A stretch of DNA of 64,000 nucleotides, taken from contig NC_043016.1 of the NCBI RefSeq assembly GCF_006345805.1, positions 7,316,001 through 7,380,000 on the forward strand. Direction: 5' to 3'. The notes under the pieces were generated by a model. It did no database searches and was not told the DNA's origin. It worked only from the letters and a program-made list of their open reading frames with translations. This DNA is from Octopus sinensis (taxonomy: Eukaryota). Positions 25,380 through 38,559 of this stretch are shown piece after piece. Each line of letters opens with the position of its first letter. Within the stretch, counting starts at the first letter, position 1. The position numbers and the translations under genes are program-made.

Positions 25380-25575
25380 CATCCTGACCACCATTACTAT
25401 GATCATCATCATTGCCATCATCACCAATATCATTATTATTACCATTGCCACTCCTGCCATCATCATCATCATTTTCATCAGTCATGTTTACCATAATAAT
25501 CATCACCACCACCATCATCGTTGCTATTGTCACCACCATCATCATCATCATCCACATCATCATCATCATCATCAA
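25380..25575. repeat. (CAT)n/(CAC)n degenerate trinucleotide microsatellite
   Basis: Seen directly; gives poly-His/poly-Met ORFs. Confidence 0.85.
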
Positions 25576-26000
25576 CTCCATTTGTAAAGTATTTCACTAT
25601 CTCTAAGCTGTTTTGCTTTCCTCATTCCTCATTAGGATTGATTGAATCTATAATCAGCAGAGAAGGTGCCAATTAATAAACGGTTTAAATAACAGTGTTC
25701 TAACAACGTAACAAAGCTGTAAGAACAAGTTTGATATGCTTCCAGAAGGTTCTATGAATTTCTTTACACAGTGTAGAGTGAATTAATTAGGCTTTCCGAT
25801 TATGAAAGATAATTGTAATTAAGCATGATGGAATTAGCCATGTGTGACCTATTTTCAGTTGGTGGAAGGGAGTGAGAGAGAAACTGAATATGTAGTTGTG
25901 TTTTCTTTTGTATTCTTGCGAGTGAGTATATGTCTGTGTGAATGTATGTTAGTGATACACACTGTTTATTTAATTTTGGCAATAGTAAGTGTGGAATTAC

Positions 26001-26039
<39 letters not shown>

Positions 26040-26105
26040 ATAAATAAAATATATGCATACATACATACATATATGTACGTACCTACATCTACATGTATAT
26101 ATACA

Positions 26106-26144
<39 letters not shown>

Positions 26145-26148
<4 letters not shown>

Positions 26149-26432
26149 TAAAGATCCCTTTTGGTCTTGAATGACCAATAAGATTGCGCCTAGAAAGATA
26201 CCCCCCCCCCCTTGGCACAAGTTTGAGCAAGGTTGTTTATGGAAGACTAGCAGTTGCCATGCTTACCTGTTTCCCTTCTACATTCCATTGATGCTGTCCA
26301 GAGGAAAGGCAGAGGTTGACACAGCTGGCACCAGTAATGTCGCAACTCATTTCTACAGTTAGTGAACTGGAGCAACATGAAATAAAGTGTCTTGCTCAAG
26401 AACACAATGCACTATCCAGTCCCGGAATCAAA
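26145..26432 (-). mobile_element. SINE family D fragment
   Basis: gtgaactggagcaacatgaaataaagtgtcttgctcaag is the reverse complement of the core at 41789-41830. Confidence 0.6.
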
Positions 26433-26494
26433 TGTGTGTGTATATGTATGTATGTATGTATGTATGTATATGTATATACGCATACATCATATAC

Positions 26495-26587
<93 letters not shown>

Positions 26588-27135
26588 TCATTTTAATATA
26601 AGTGTAATTGTAGATCCACACAATACTACCCTCAGAATGATGTATGCTTGAAAAGAAGTTGGGGGCATATAGTTAATGTTTTAGATGTCTTATGATGGCA
26701 AAAGATACATATTGGCCTCATGAAAAAGAATACATTCAAAGACCAATATACTCAGCTTGTCTTATTTAGACATAGAGAAGTGCAACTCCACCTCATACCA
26801 AAGGTTATTGGGAATGTAAAGGATCATAGGATATATTTTCTGACATAAAATACAAATTTTTTAAACTAAAATTTGCATTTAAAAATAATCGTCCAACTTA
26901 TGTATAAAGACAAGTTTAGAGGAGCAAAAGTTTTGTGTGATATGAGAATACAATTTGCGAAGATAGTGTTGATGTTTGAATGTTTACACTATATACTATG
27001 TTAACTGATGTCGTAAAATATGGTAACACCACAATCAAGTAGAACATTACTAAACAGACAAAGAAAAGTGATGTAGCAAGTGCAATTTATGCACAATGAA
27101 GAAATCCTAAATAAAAGTGGAGAGACTTTCCCTTC

Positions 27136-27757
27136 CTCTTTTACTTGTTTCAGTCATTTGACTGGCCATGCTGTAGCACCGCCTTTAGTCGAGCAAATCG
27201 ACCCCAGGGCTTATTCTATGTAAGCCTAGTACTTATTCTATCGGTCTCTTTTGCCGAACCACTAAGTTACGGGGACATAAACACACCAGCATCAGTTGTC
27301 AAGCGATGTTGGGGGGAGGAGTCAAACACACACACAAACATATACACACACACACACACACATATACTATCTATCTATCCACTCAGTTGAAGTCGACTCT
27401 CGGTTACTCGATGGATCAGTGTCCTCCAGTCAGTTCTATCCTGGGCCGCTTCTTTCAGATTGGCTATGTCCATTCCGGTATCACTCTTGATGGTGTCAAG
27501 CCAGTGGGTTCTTGGTCAGCCTCTTCCTCTCTTGCCATTGACCATTCCGAGCATGATGTGTGTGTATATATATATATATATACATGCATATATACGACTG
27601 GCTTCTTTCAGTTTCCGTCAACCAAATCCACTCACGAGGTTTTGGTCGGCTCGAGGCTATAGTAGAAGACACTTGCCCAAGGTGCCACGCAGTGGAACTG
27701 AACCTGGAACCATGTGGTTGGTAAGCAAGCTACTTACCACACAGCCACTCCTGCGCC
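27136..27757 (-). mobile_element. SINE family A copy with a LINE 3' end inserted in its microsatellite
   Basis: SINE tail 27136-27360 and head 27590-27757 flank a foreign segment at 27368-27556. Confidence 0.85.
27368..27556 (-). mobile_element. RTE-BovB-like LINE 3' end
   Basis: Minus frame HIMLGMVNGKRGRG*PRTHWLDTIKSDTGMDIANLKEAAQDRTDWRTLIHRVTESRLQLSG, then (GATA)n tail. Confidence 0.7.
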
Positions 27758-27824
27758 TCATTTACACACAAAGTCTGACTCACACTTAAAACATTCAAGT
27801 ACATTCCTCTGCTGGAAAAACCCT

Positions 27825-27970
27825 TATGCTCTGAGTTCAAATTCCGTTGAGGTCAACTTTGACTTGCATCCTTTTGGGGTTGATAAATTAAGTACCAACA
27901 CTGGGGTTGATGTAATTGACTTACCCCCTCCCCCAAAATTTCAGACCCTGTGTCTATAGTTCAAAGGATT
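27825..27970 (+). mobile_element. SINE family B fragment
   Basis: tctgagttcaaattccgttgaggtcaactttg..ttaagtacc. Confidence 0.75.
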
Positions 27971-28286
27971 ATTATACCCCACCCTTAAGCCTTTCCTCTC
28001 CCTCCTCTTACACCTACTTGAGGTGTAGCACTACTCTGAAAGCTTAGCCAACCTCTGACAACACATTTGTGTGCCATTCATGCAACATAAACATTTTTGC
28101 TTTTATTCATTCATTATTTAGTCTCATTATCATTTTATTCATTTATTTATTCCTCTATTTCATTTGTATGCCTAGTCATCTTTTTTTCTTATTTTATTTC
28201 ACTTTTTCCTCTCCTTCCTGGCTCATTCAATCACATATAAACTAATATACAAACATGCTACAAATACACACACACATGCACATAGA

Positions 28287-28336
<50 letters not shown>

Positions 28337-28394
28337 ATGTGTATAAAGTAAATGAAAAAGAGTGCTCAAAACTAAAAATAGAATTTTATTATTA

Positions 28395-28625
28395 GCGTCC
28401 CGTTTCCATGCTAGCATGGGTTGGACGGTTCGACTGGGGTCTGGGAAGCCAGAAGGCTGCACCAGGCCCAGTCTGATCTGGCAATGTTTCTATGGCTGGA
28501 TGCCCTCCCTAACGCCAACCACTCCGTGAGTGTAGTTGGTGTTTTTACATGCCACCGGCACAGGTGCCAGACGAGGCTGGCAAACGGCCACAATCGGATG
28601 GTGCTTTTTACGTACCACCGGCATG
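28395..28625 (-). mobile_element. RTE 3'UTR fragment
   Basis: Reverse complement of the tail family. Confidence 0.8.
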
Positions 28626-28809
28626 GGCTATATTATCATATATTGTTATATTGGTAGCTGAAACTTTACAAATTGTTATTTTAAAATTTTTCTCTTTTGA
28701 TCTTTGAACAATAATGCAAAATGGAGCAATCATCAGTCCTGATTTTCATAATCATCTAAAAATTGGAGACAAAGAACTCAGAGTAATTATTTATGAAGTT
28801 TTGCTTCCA

Positions 28810-28850
<41 letters not shown>

Positions 28851-28966
28851 CACACATACAACATATGTATGCATGTTTATGTTTACAAGGGAGCATCTAA
28901 AAGAAACCAGAATTTTGCAGTATTATTTTATTCACTTAGTTTTACCTGTTTACACTTTTATTGCCT

Positions 28967-29130
28967 TTAACCCTTTCAATACCAACCCGGCTGAAACCAC
29001 CTCTGGCTTTGATTACAAATGTTTTGTTTTCATAAGTTTTTAATTAAAATCTTCCACCGAACCTTAGTCACAATTTATGATCCTATCACTAGCTGAATGA
29101 TAACTAAGTTATTTTACTAAATTTTTTGTT
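28967..29130 (+). mobile_element. piggyBac-type MITE, 3'-truncated by a SINE head
   Basis: TTAA|CCCTTTCAATACC; homology stops at 29130 where an antisense tRNA-like head (29132-29195) begins. Confidence 0.7.
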
Positions 29131-29520
29131 AGATTCAAACCCGCAATCCCTCGACCACGAGTCTGCTGCTCTAACCACTAGGCCATGTGCCTCCACACAC
29201 GTGTGTGATTGTGCGTGTGTAAAACACCAAAGGAAGCATTTTGTCTGTCTATCTCTCTCTCTCTCTCTCACTGTGTCTGTGTTTCCCACCACCACAAAGT
29301 TACATTCCCGTATGCAAAAGAGACCAATAGTATAAGTACTAGGTTTAAAAAGCAAAAGTCTTAGGGTCGATTTGTTCGACTAAAACCCTTCAACGTGGTA
29401 CCTGAAACAAGTAAAAGATAATGATGCAATTTTAATTAGTAGCTCAATATTCTTTCTTCTATTTCAATTACTGCTTATAGTTCCACCATTCCTTGGCAGT
29501 ATTATGCTATGTCATGCATA

Positions 29521-29755
29521 AAGGCGGCGGGCTGGCAGAAACGTTAGCACGCCAAGTGAAATACTTAGAGGTATTTTGTCTGCCGTTACGTTCTGAGTTC
29601 AAATTCCACCGAGGTCAACTTTGCCTTTCATCCCTTCAGGGTTGATAAATTAAGTACCAGTTACGCACTGGGGTCGATATAATCGACTTAATCCGTTTGT
29701 CTGTCCTTGTTTGTCCCCTCTCTGTTTAGCCTCTTGTGGGCAATAAAGAAATAAG
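29521..29755 (+). mobile_element. SINE family B, full length
   Basis: GGCGGCGGGCTGGCAGAA head; GCCTTTCATCCC..GATAAATTAAGTACCAG central domain (resembles the Meta/MESC SINE domain, from recall). Confidence 0.88.
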
Positions 29756-29865
29756 TATTATGCTACGTCATGCATTTTGTGAACAATAGTATTATGAAGG
29801 CTATGAGTTGAGCAAATACCCTCAGATTAGAGCTAACAAAAATATATGTAATTAGTGAAGTGCTA

Positions 29866-30185
29866 GTCTTCTGCTAGAGCCTCAGGCTGACCAAAGCCTT
29901 AAGAGTGGATTTGGTAGATGGAAATTGAAAGAAGCCATTTGTATGTATGTATGTGTGTGTGTGTGTGTGTTTGTCCCCTACCACTGTTTGACAAGTGGTG
30001 TTGGTGTGTTTACAGCCCCATAACTTTGCAGTTTGTCAAAAGAGATTGATAGAATAAGTACCAGGTTTTAAAAAAGAAAAACGATATGTACTGGGGTTGA
30101 TTCACTTGATTAAAAGTTCTTCAAGGCAGTGCCATAGCATGGCCGGCCGGCCGCAGTCTAAATGACTGAAACAAGTAAAAGAAAG
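29866..30185 (+). mobile_element. SINE family A, 5'-truncated
   Basis: gaccaaagcc..gtagatggaaattgaaagaagcc..aaatgactgaaacaagtaaaaga. Confidence 0.8.
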
Positions 30186-30620
30186 TACCCATTAAATGTC
30201 TTCTGTGGTTCCTGGAGGAATTTCTATTCAAAATAAAGAAAATGATGACCACAGTTTCAAAAGATCATTCTTTTGATTGTTATTTTCTCTTTTACCTATC
30301 ACCATCAATTGTTTCTGAGACAATCCAACAATCACAGCAGCACATTCTTCAAACTCTTTTGTTCCTGGCTTTCTCAAAAATACCCCCTCCCCCCTCCACA
30401 CATACACTAAATCTATTCATATTCATTTATTTGCACACACACACACACACAATACAAACATAGATATCCTCACAAACACCTTCATAAGTAAGTACGTAAA
30501 CACATATTCACACACTCACACATGCATGAACTCATACAAGCATTTAGCACATACATTTGCACTCACACACTAATTTACATGTGTACACACACACACACAC
30601 ACACACACATTCTAAAATAC

Positions 30621-30663
<43 letters not shown>

Positions 30664-30742
30664 TATGCAAACACTTGTATAATACTCACAAACACATACA
30701 AACATTTAGCACATTTGCACTGACACACTAATGTACGTGTGT

Positions 30743-30780
<38 letters not shown>

Positions 30781-31636
30781 TCTCAAATACCCTCTCACTC
30801 TCTCTTTCACATATGCAAGCACTTGTTGTATAATACTCACAAACACATGCATTCACACTTACATTCACACACATTGATACAAGTACACTGGCGCAACATG
30901 TACTTGCACACAATTATAACACATACACAAATTTGTATTATTCACACAAGAACTCTAACACACAACACAACGCATCTACAATGTTTACACTACACTACAC
31001 TTACACGCTCACACATGCAAGCTCCTCCCCCTCTCTCTCTCTCTCTCTCACATGCATCAATTACCTTAAGAAGATTTCAAACCACATTATGTAGCATTAA
31101 TTGTTTGAGAACATACCATTATCTGATGCTTGTTAATTTCCTCCATGGAAGATCAACAATTCTTCTGCTACAATAAAGTCATTCTGCTAATGTTACCAAA
31201 AACCATTCTTCCAGTATTATAAGGCTTATAACAAATTAACTGTCTGCTTTTAAAACAAACTGAACTACAGCTTTCACTTAATTTATTTCTTAAACAATTC
31301 CTTTTTTATTTTACTTCTTACTTCCATGAACTTTCAACATATTAGATTGCAGATTTTGGAAAACATAGTTCAGGCTATGAAGAATTTTGGTTATTTAGGA
31401 AATAACTATCATTGTCACAACAATAAAGAAAATGGTTGCAAGGAACTAGAAGAAATTCTAAACTATAACTGACCAAAGAGAACCAGAAATTAAGTCTTGC
31501 CACATCTCTGGAGTATTCTGCTCTTAAACACACTACTTACTTCAAATAAATATGTATGCTGGAACATCTTAGTTGAGTGATTACTAGGTTTTTAAAGTGT
31601 TCATCATCATCATACTCTAATTATCATCATCAATTT

Positions 31637-31866
31637 TTAAACCTTTCGATACCAATTCGGCTGAAACCTACTCTGGCTCTGTAGTACAAATGTCTTGTTT
31701 TCATAAGTTTTGAATTAAAATCTTCCACCAAACCTAAGTCACAATTTATGTTCCTAACACCAGCTTAGTGATAACTAAGTTATTTTACTAAATTCTTTGT
31801 TATATTTAAAATTAATTGAAAGAAACACAGATTATCTCAAAATAAATACAGTAACGAAAGGGTTAA
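31637..31866 (+). mobile_element. piggyBac-type MITE
   Basis: TTAA ACCTTTCGATACC ... GTAACGAAAGGG|TTAA. Confidence 0.75.
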
Positions 31867-32259
31867 TGCCCATTTTTCTATACCTGTATGGGTTGGATGG
31901 GTTGTCCTTGTCAAGATCTGCAGATCTTCCAGAATGAGGCTTGTCTTCTAGGCTGTAGTTTCTGGCTTGGAACTTCTGGAACCCACCATTGACAAGCACA
32001 GAATTTTGTCAGTGATCAGGTCATGGTCTCAAAGTAACTGAAATATTTTGGCAAATTAAATTTAAATGTTGAAGTGAATCTAACGGTGGCTTATAAATAC
32101 CTTCCATGCTGCAATTGTTTTTGTTCCAGCACATATTCTCAGATCAGGTCACTTGCTATGCAAGTACATCTCCATAATATATATATAACTTATAGTTACA
32201 GATATGTTAAAGAATTTTATCTTTTCATATGTGTGTGTGTGTATAGGAATATATATATT

Positions 32260-32745
32260 CAGAATCGAAATCGATCATGGAAATTGCGGATTGGCTACCA
32301 GTGCCGGTGGCATGTCAAAACCTCTGCTTGTGAAGACCCGTTGAGGCAAGTGACGATCAGAATCGAAATCGATCAATGGAAATTGCAGATGTTTTACCAG
32401 GGCCGGTGGCATGTAAGAGAACTTTCCCGTTTCGGGACCGTTGCCAGCACCGCCCCGTTTCGTGTCCGTTGCCAGCCTCGCCTGGCCCTCGTGCCGGTGG
32501 CACATAAAAAGCACCATCCGTTCGTGGCCGTTTGCCAGCTCTGTCTGGCACCATGCGGGTGGCATGTAAAAGCACCCACTACACTCACGGAGTGGTTGGC
32601 GTTAGGAAGGGCATCCAGCCGTAGAAACACTGCCATATTTGACTGGGCCTGATGAAGCCTTCTGGCTTCACAGACCCCAGTAGAACCGTCCAACCCATGC
32701 TAGCATGGAAAACGGACGCTAAACGATGATGATGATGATGATGAT
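32260..32745 (+). mobile_element. RTE 3'UTR copy, CpG-rich (young)
   Basis: Internal repeats cagaatcgaaatcgatca and gtggcacgtaaaaagca; ends gctaaacgatgatgatg. Confidence 0.8.
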
Positions 32746-33487
32746 ATATATCCCTATCTTTATACATGTATGTATCAATATGTATTCCTTTCTATGTGTG
32801 CATATATACACACACACACACACACACACTGATGTATCCCTTTCTATGTGTATGTGTTTATATATATTATCTCTCTTTCTCTCCCTCCCCCTCTCTCTCT
32901 CTAAACAATAATATAACATCACACATGTACATACACATACAAACATATAACACATTATATAGCCCTCCTCCTCCTTCCCCCCCCACAATCACCACTAGCC
33001 CTTTCAATTCTACATTTTCATAATTTAATTAGAGATTATTATTTGAGTTTTACCTCTTCATAGAAGAGGTCTCTTAAAAGTAAAATTAATTAGACTCATT
33101 TCATGGACCATAAGGGTCCATAGAGCAGGTACTTAATTTCGCTATATTTTCTTTATTTTTATATGTATCATATTCAAATTTTGTGTTTGGTCCTTTACCA
33201 CTCTCTGCCCACACACACATGCACAAATACACCATCATCATCATCATCATGGGATACAAACACTAAATGATAGTGAAATGCACACTGTGTATTTTGGCTT
33301 ACAAATGAGAAAAATGTATCTATTGCAAAAGTAAATACTTATACACACACATACACACACACACTCACACACACTCACACACACATATTTATATATACAC
33401 ACACACACACATGCCTGCATACATGAGGTAATGACAGAGAAATGCTGAGCATTCATGCATACAACATACATATATTCATGTGTATTA

Positions 33488-34047
33488 CAGTTCTATATTT
33501 AAGAGATGAGGAATATGTAACATTATTTACATTTGACAGATATATTTGTCCTCATCTTGTTTGTTGTTAACACAAGTTTCAACTGATATACCCTCCAGCC
33601 TTTATCAGGTTCTTGGGGAAATTTCAAACCTGGGTTCTCATTCCTAAGGCATTTTGCAATGTTTTTGTTGCTGCTGTTGTTGTTGTTGTAGTTGCGCTGC
33701 TGTTATTGTTGTTGTTGTTGTGTTGTTCAGGTCACTGCCTGGAATCGAACTCAGAATCTTGGGGTTAGTAGCCCACACTCTTAACCACTACGCCATATGT
33801 CCACGGGCATATGGCGTAGTGGTTAAGAGCACGGGCTACTAACCCCAAGATTCTGAGTTTTGTTCCAGGCAGTGACCTGAATAATAATAATAATATCAAA
33901 AAAGACCTTAGGAATGAGAACCCAGGTTCATAATTTCCTCAAGACACCTGATGAAGGCTGGTGGGTATATCAGCTGAAATGTTGTGTCAACAACGAACAA
34001 GATGAGGACAAATATTTGTCAAATGTAAATAATGTAAATAATCTTCA
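33488..34047. mobile_element. Head-to-head inverted dimer of the tRNA-headed hammerhead SINE
   Basis: Centre GCCATATGTCC-AC-GGGCATATGGC (33792-33815); best-preserved HHR motif at 33943-33988 (+); antisense HHR at about 33570-33612. Confidence 0.85.
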
Positions 34048-34079
34048 TGTGTATGTACATACATAGATACACACATATA

Positions 34080-34830
34080 TAGGGTGCGATGGGTAAATTG
34101 TTGCCATTTTATATTTCTAATTTCACACATGTGCATTGCTTGTTTTTGATTTTGTTGACTACACAGTATAGTAGGGTCAGTTGGGCACCATCTGTGAGAA
34201 AAACTGCACCATGGTGCAATTCAGTCTGCTAGAAATTTGGAAACGACGTGCTGTACTACTTAGCATTCATGCCAAAAGCTCCAATACCAACACTTCAATG
34301 TTTGACTGTCAATCTGAGGACAGTGCAGAGGATTCAGAAAGAGTTGGGTGAGTCTAATGGTGATTATGAAGGTATGGCAGCCTGGAAAACTCACTCTGAT
34401 TCTTCTGATAAGAAAAGAACCCCAGAATTTGTTGGTGAGATCTAGGCTATGATTAACAATGATCCCTCCAAGACAATCAAGTCCATTGCCAAGAACATGG
34501 GAGTGTTTGAGTTTCTTATCAGGCAGGTAGTGCATGAAGACTTTCAGTATTCCTCATACAAGATGAGAAAGGGCCAGTTTTTATCCCAAGCCATCAAGGA
34601 CAAGAGGAGAGACTGTACTATGAAACTTTTGAACAAATTCTTGTATCCTCTCCAACCAAACATGCTTTGGTTTTTCTCAGATTAGAAAAATTTCTATCAG
34701 GATCAGGTGGTGAACACACAGAACAGCCGTTGACTTGCTGTGCCCCGCAAAACATGTACTGAGAGTGATAAAGATCAAACATTCAGGCAACATGATTGTG
34801 TTTGGAGTGATCACTAATGATGGTGACATT
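34080..34830 (+). mobile_element. maT-like transposon, 5' part
   Basis: TIR AGGGTGCGATGGGTAAATTG; RTPEFV..NDPSKTIKSIAK..LWFFSD*KNFYQDQVVNTQNSR. Confidence 0.8.
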
Positions 34831-36439
34831 ATCTTCCCATTCAGATCCATGAACCATCATATTCATCTTTAACTTTCATCCATCTGGGGTTGATAAAATA
34901 AAGAAACAGTGGCTTAGAGAAATTGTTAGTGTCAAACAGGAACTCTTGCAGCATTCTGATAGAAGTGTCTTGTAACAACATGAATGCCAAACTGTACAGC
35001 CTTTTGTATTTCCTTTGCACAACAATGGTGGCATGGAGATGGCAGACTTGAATACATAGATAACTGTTTGTCTCCCATGAAACAAAACAAAAAAAAAGTC
35101 TTGCTTAGAATTGCTTTTTGGCAAAAAACTTTCCAGGAGCAGATGCATGCTCTCGCTAGCCACAAGGAGACCTCAGTTTTTGTGTGTGTCTGTCTGTCTG
35201 TCTATGAATGGGTATATGGACACACATGCACATACACCTTTTACTAAAATGTTGTAAGAACTGTTAGAACATTGTTTTCTTACTCTTGTGGTGGTTGTTT
35301 ATAGTGAAATTATTTTTGTTTGTTACTGTAACAAATGTGCAAAGAGAATGTGTGTATGTGAGAGAGAGAGAAAGAGAGAGAATGAGCTGAAGAGAAAAAA
35401 GGAGAGAGAGAGGTAGTGAAAAACAACTTCTTAAGATTACTTCCTTTCCAACTACTTATTACAAAATGTGTGTACACACACACACACAAGAACTTATTTT
35501 TGACACCATTAAGCTATATATGCAGTTTTGTCATTTATAGAATGGCCTGCTTCACTCTCACTCTTCAACTTAATCTTGAATCTAAAAAAACTTGGTATTT
35601 TTCTAAGCCTTATAATAAATAACTGTAATTAAATTGACACTTGTGAGAATATTATAGTTGGAACAACTCCATCTTTTCTTCAGTATCTAAACTGAAACAA
35701 ACAGAAAGGAGGATAGCAAATAAATATTTACTAAATATACAAAGATATTTTGGGTTAGCTGGTGGGTTGGTTGAAGCCTTGGTAGAGCAGTGATTCAAAC
35801 ACCTCCTGGTGACATTAGGCTTCTGCTATGAAACATTTTGTTCATTGCCCTTGTAGAAAATAAAAAAATTAATTATTATTATGCAAGAGAGCAGTGCATG
35901 CCATCAAAGTGACACTGGGGTAAAATATACAAAGCCCAGTATACCCATCATGACTACCCGTCTGATAAGGGTACACCAGGCACATGCATCACAACCATAT
36001 GTGCGCGACATGGTGATCTCATATCAAGATAAACAGCACATGACCTTGCAGGTGGGGGCCCAGTTAGAATTTTCTTCTGGTTGAATGACACATCCCACTC
36101 AAAAGGTCCCTGAATAAGGATTGTTTAAGGATGTTGAACGAACCACCCATGTTTCCAAAGGTGAATTATCCAAACCCCAAAGAATTCCTCTTAACACATG
36201 GCTATGATGCTCTCCCACTACTTCTGCTCGTGATCAGAGATGCACATATCGTCAGCCACTAAGGGACATGCCCAACTGGTTAAGGTATTATTATTATTAT
36301 TTGGCGTTAGAAAGGGCACCTAGCTGTAGAAATCATGCCAAATCAAACTGGAACCTTGTATGACTCTCTGGCTTGCCAGTTCCAGTCAAGCTGTTGAACC
36401 CATGCCAGCATGGAAAATGGACATTAAATAATAATTATT

Positions 36440-38555
36440 ATTATTATTATTAAGGTGCCTTTCATTCTTTCGGAGTCAATTAAATAAGTACCAGTCATGT
36501 ACTGAGGTCGATGTAATTGACTAGGCCCCTCCTCCCAAATTTCAGACCTTGTGCCTTTAGTGGAAAGGATTATTATTAAGGTGGTGAGCCGGCAGAATCA
36601 TTAGCATATTGGGTGAAATGCTTATCAGCATTTTGTCTGCCGCTACATTCTGAGTTCAAATTCCACCAAGGTCGGCTTTGCCTTTCATCCTTTCAGGGTC
36701 AATAAAATAAGTACCAGTTGAACACTGGGGTCGATGTAATCGATGCATCCCCTCCCCTAAAATGGTTGCCCTTGTGGCAAAATTTGAAAAAATTATTATT
36801 ATTATTATTATTATTATTATTTTATTATTAAGGTGGTGAGCTGGCAGAATCGTTAGCACACCGGACAAAATGCTTATCAGTATTTCTTCTGCTACTACAC
36901 TCTGAGTTCTAATTCTGCCAAAGTCAACTTTGCCTTTCAACCTTTTGGAGTTGATAAATTAAGTACCAGTGAAACACTGGGGTCAATTAAATTGACTAAT
37001 CCTCTCCCCCAAAATAGCAGGCTTTGCACCTGTAACAGAAAGGATAATGATAATATTAATTATTATTATTATTATTATCATCATCATCATCATTATTATT
37101 ATTATTATATTATTATTATTATAATAAGGTGGTGAGGTGGCCAAATTCTTACCATACTGAGCAAAGTGCTTAGTGGCATTTCATTGTTTTTATGTTGAAA
37201 TTCTGCCAAGGTCATCTTTGCCTTTTATCCTTTTGGCATCAATAAGATAAATACCTGTGAAGTATAATTTCCCCTGAAGTTCCTGACCATGTGCCAAAAT
37301 TTGAAATTATTATTATATATTCTTTTGAATGATCAAAAAGTAGAGGGATTCTGCAGTAAAGGAAACCCCACCCTTAAGGATAAGTTGAAGCAATCGCTAA
37401 AATCCCTACAGTTTAATTTAGCACCTTGGGAATGTTATTGCCTAGATCGATCCAAATGGCATAAAATGTGTCATGAAGCATCAAAGCAATTGGAACTGAA
37501 GAAACAGAGCAATAAAAGAATTCTATCCTGCAATCAACAGACACATTTGTCCAATTGCAGGCAAAATCAAAATCATTTTCCCCATTGTGACTTCACAGTA
37601 AAATCCTGGACTCAAATTACATTCATCCATCCATCGCAAATAGATGATGCAGCTTCTTTTGTTTTTAATCTTTTTTCTATAAATCCTTTCCTTCAAACAC
37701 TCACACATTGAAATCAATAATAGTCATCATCGTCATCATTAAAGTGGCTAACTTGCAGAATTGTTAGCATGCTGGGCAAAATGCTCCAGGGCATTTTGCC
37801 TGTCTTTATATTCTGAGTTCAAATTCCTCCAGGGTCAATTTTGCCTTTCATCCTTTTGGGGGTGAATACCAGTCAGGGATCAATGTAATTAACTAACCAT
37901 TTGCCTGCAAAATTTCAGGCCTTGTGCCTATAGTCGAAAGGATTGTTGTTATTACCTCTGCCTTAGCGAAGGTAGAGGTATTGTTTTCAGTCATGTTTTG
38001 TTTGTTTGTTTGTCCCTGGACAAGATATCTCAAGAACCAACTGGATGGATTCAGATGAAACTTTCAGGGATGTTTGGCCTTGTGACTGGCATGAACTAAT
38101 TGGGTTTTGGGATCGATCCAGTACCAGACAAGGATTCTGGATTAGTTTTCCTGTTTTTTTACTTAATTTTTGAGAGCAGCCGGGTTCATTTTCAGTATTC
38201 TCGTTTTTGAGAGCTGTTGAATTTCAGATATTATAATTTTAAAGCTCATCTCTGACTAATCGTTGAGAGGGTTTTGGTGTTGCCTTGATGGATGTTTGCG
38301 TTCTCTGAGTGCTCTTGTTATTATCATTATTATTATTATTAAGGTGGTGAGCTAGCAGAATTGTTAGCACACCGGGTGAAATGCTTAGTGGTATTTCATC
38401 TACCACTATGTTCTAAGTTCAAATTCCGCTGAGGTCAACTTTGCCTTTCATCCTTTCAGGGTCAATTAAATAAGTACCAGTTACACACTGGGGTCGATGT
38501 AATCGACTTAATCTCTTTCTCCAAATTTGAGGCCTTGTGCTTCATGTAGAAAGGA
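36440..38555 (+). mobile_element. Head-to-tail cluster of about six SINE family B copies separated by (ATT)n
   Basis: Copies near 36440, 36577, 36828, 37126, 37740 and 38340, most beginning TTAAGGTGGTGAGC after (ATT)n. Confidence 0.85.
37949..38319 (+). mobile_element. HINE/DINE-1-like Helentron-associated non-autonomous element
   Basis: TTATTACCTCTGCC start with a 12-bp hairpin (37953-37980), (GTTT)n, end TTTGCGTTCTCTGAGTGCTCTTGTT. Confidence 0.65.
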
Positions 38556-38559
38556 ATTA

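Noticed and set aside
25372-25606. Poly-His/poly-Met ORFs
   Set aside because: (CAT)n microsatellite with no splice context or protein-like flanks.
32645-32680. CTGATGA in an RTE tail as a hammerhead core
   Set aside because: It is a point variant of cctggtgcagcc with no downstream GAAA or stems.
35881-36285. GC-richer island with a 67-aa ORF
   Set aside because: Probably a fragment of an unclassified repeat; single copy here with no motif, so no call can be supported.
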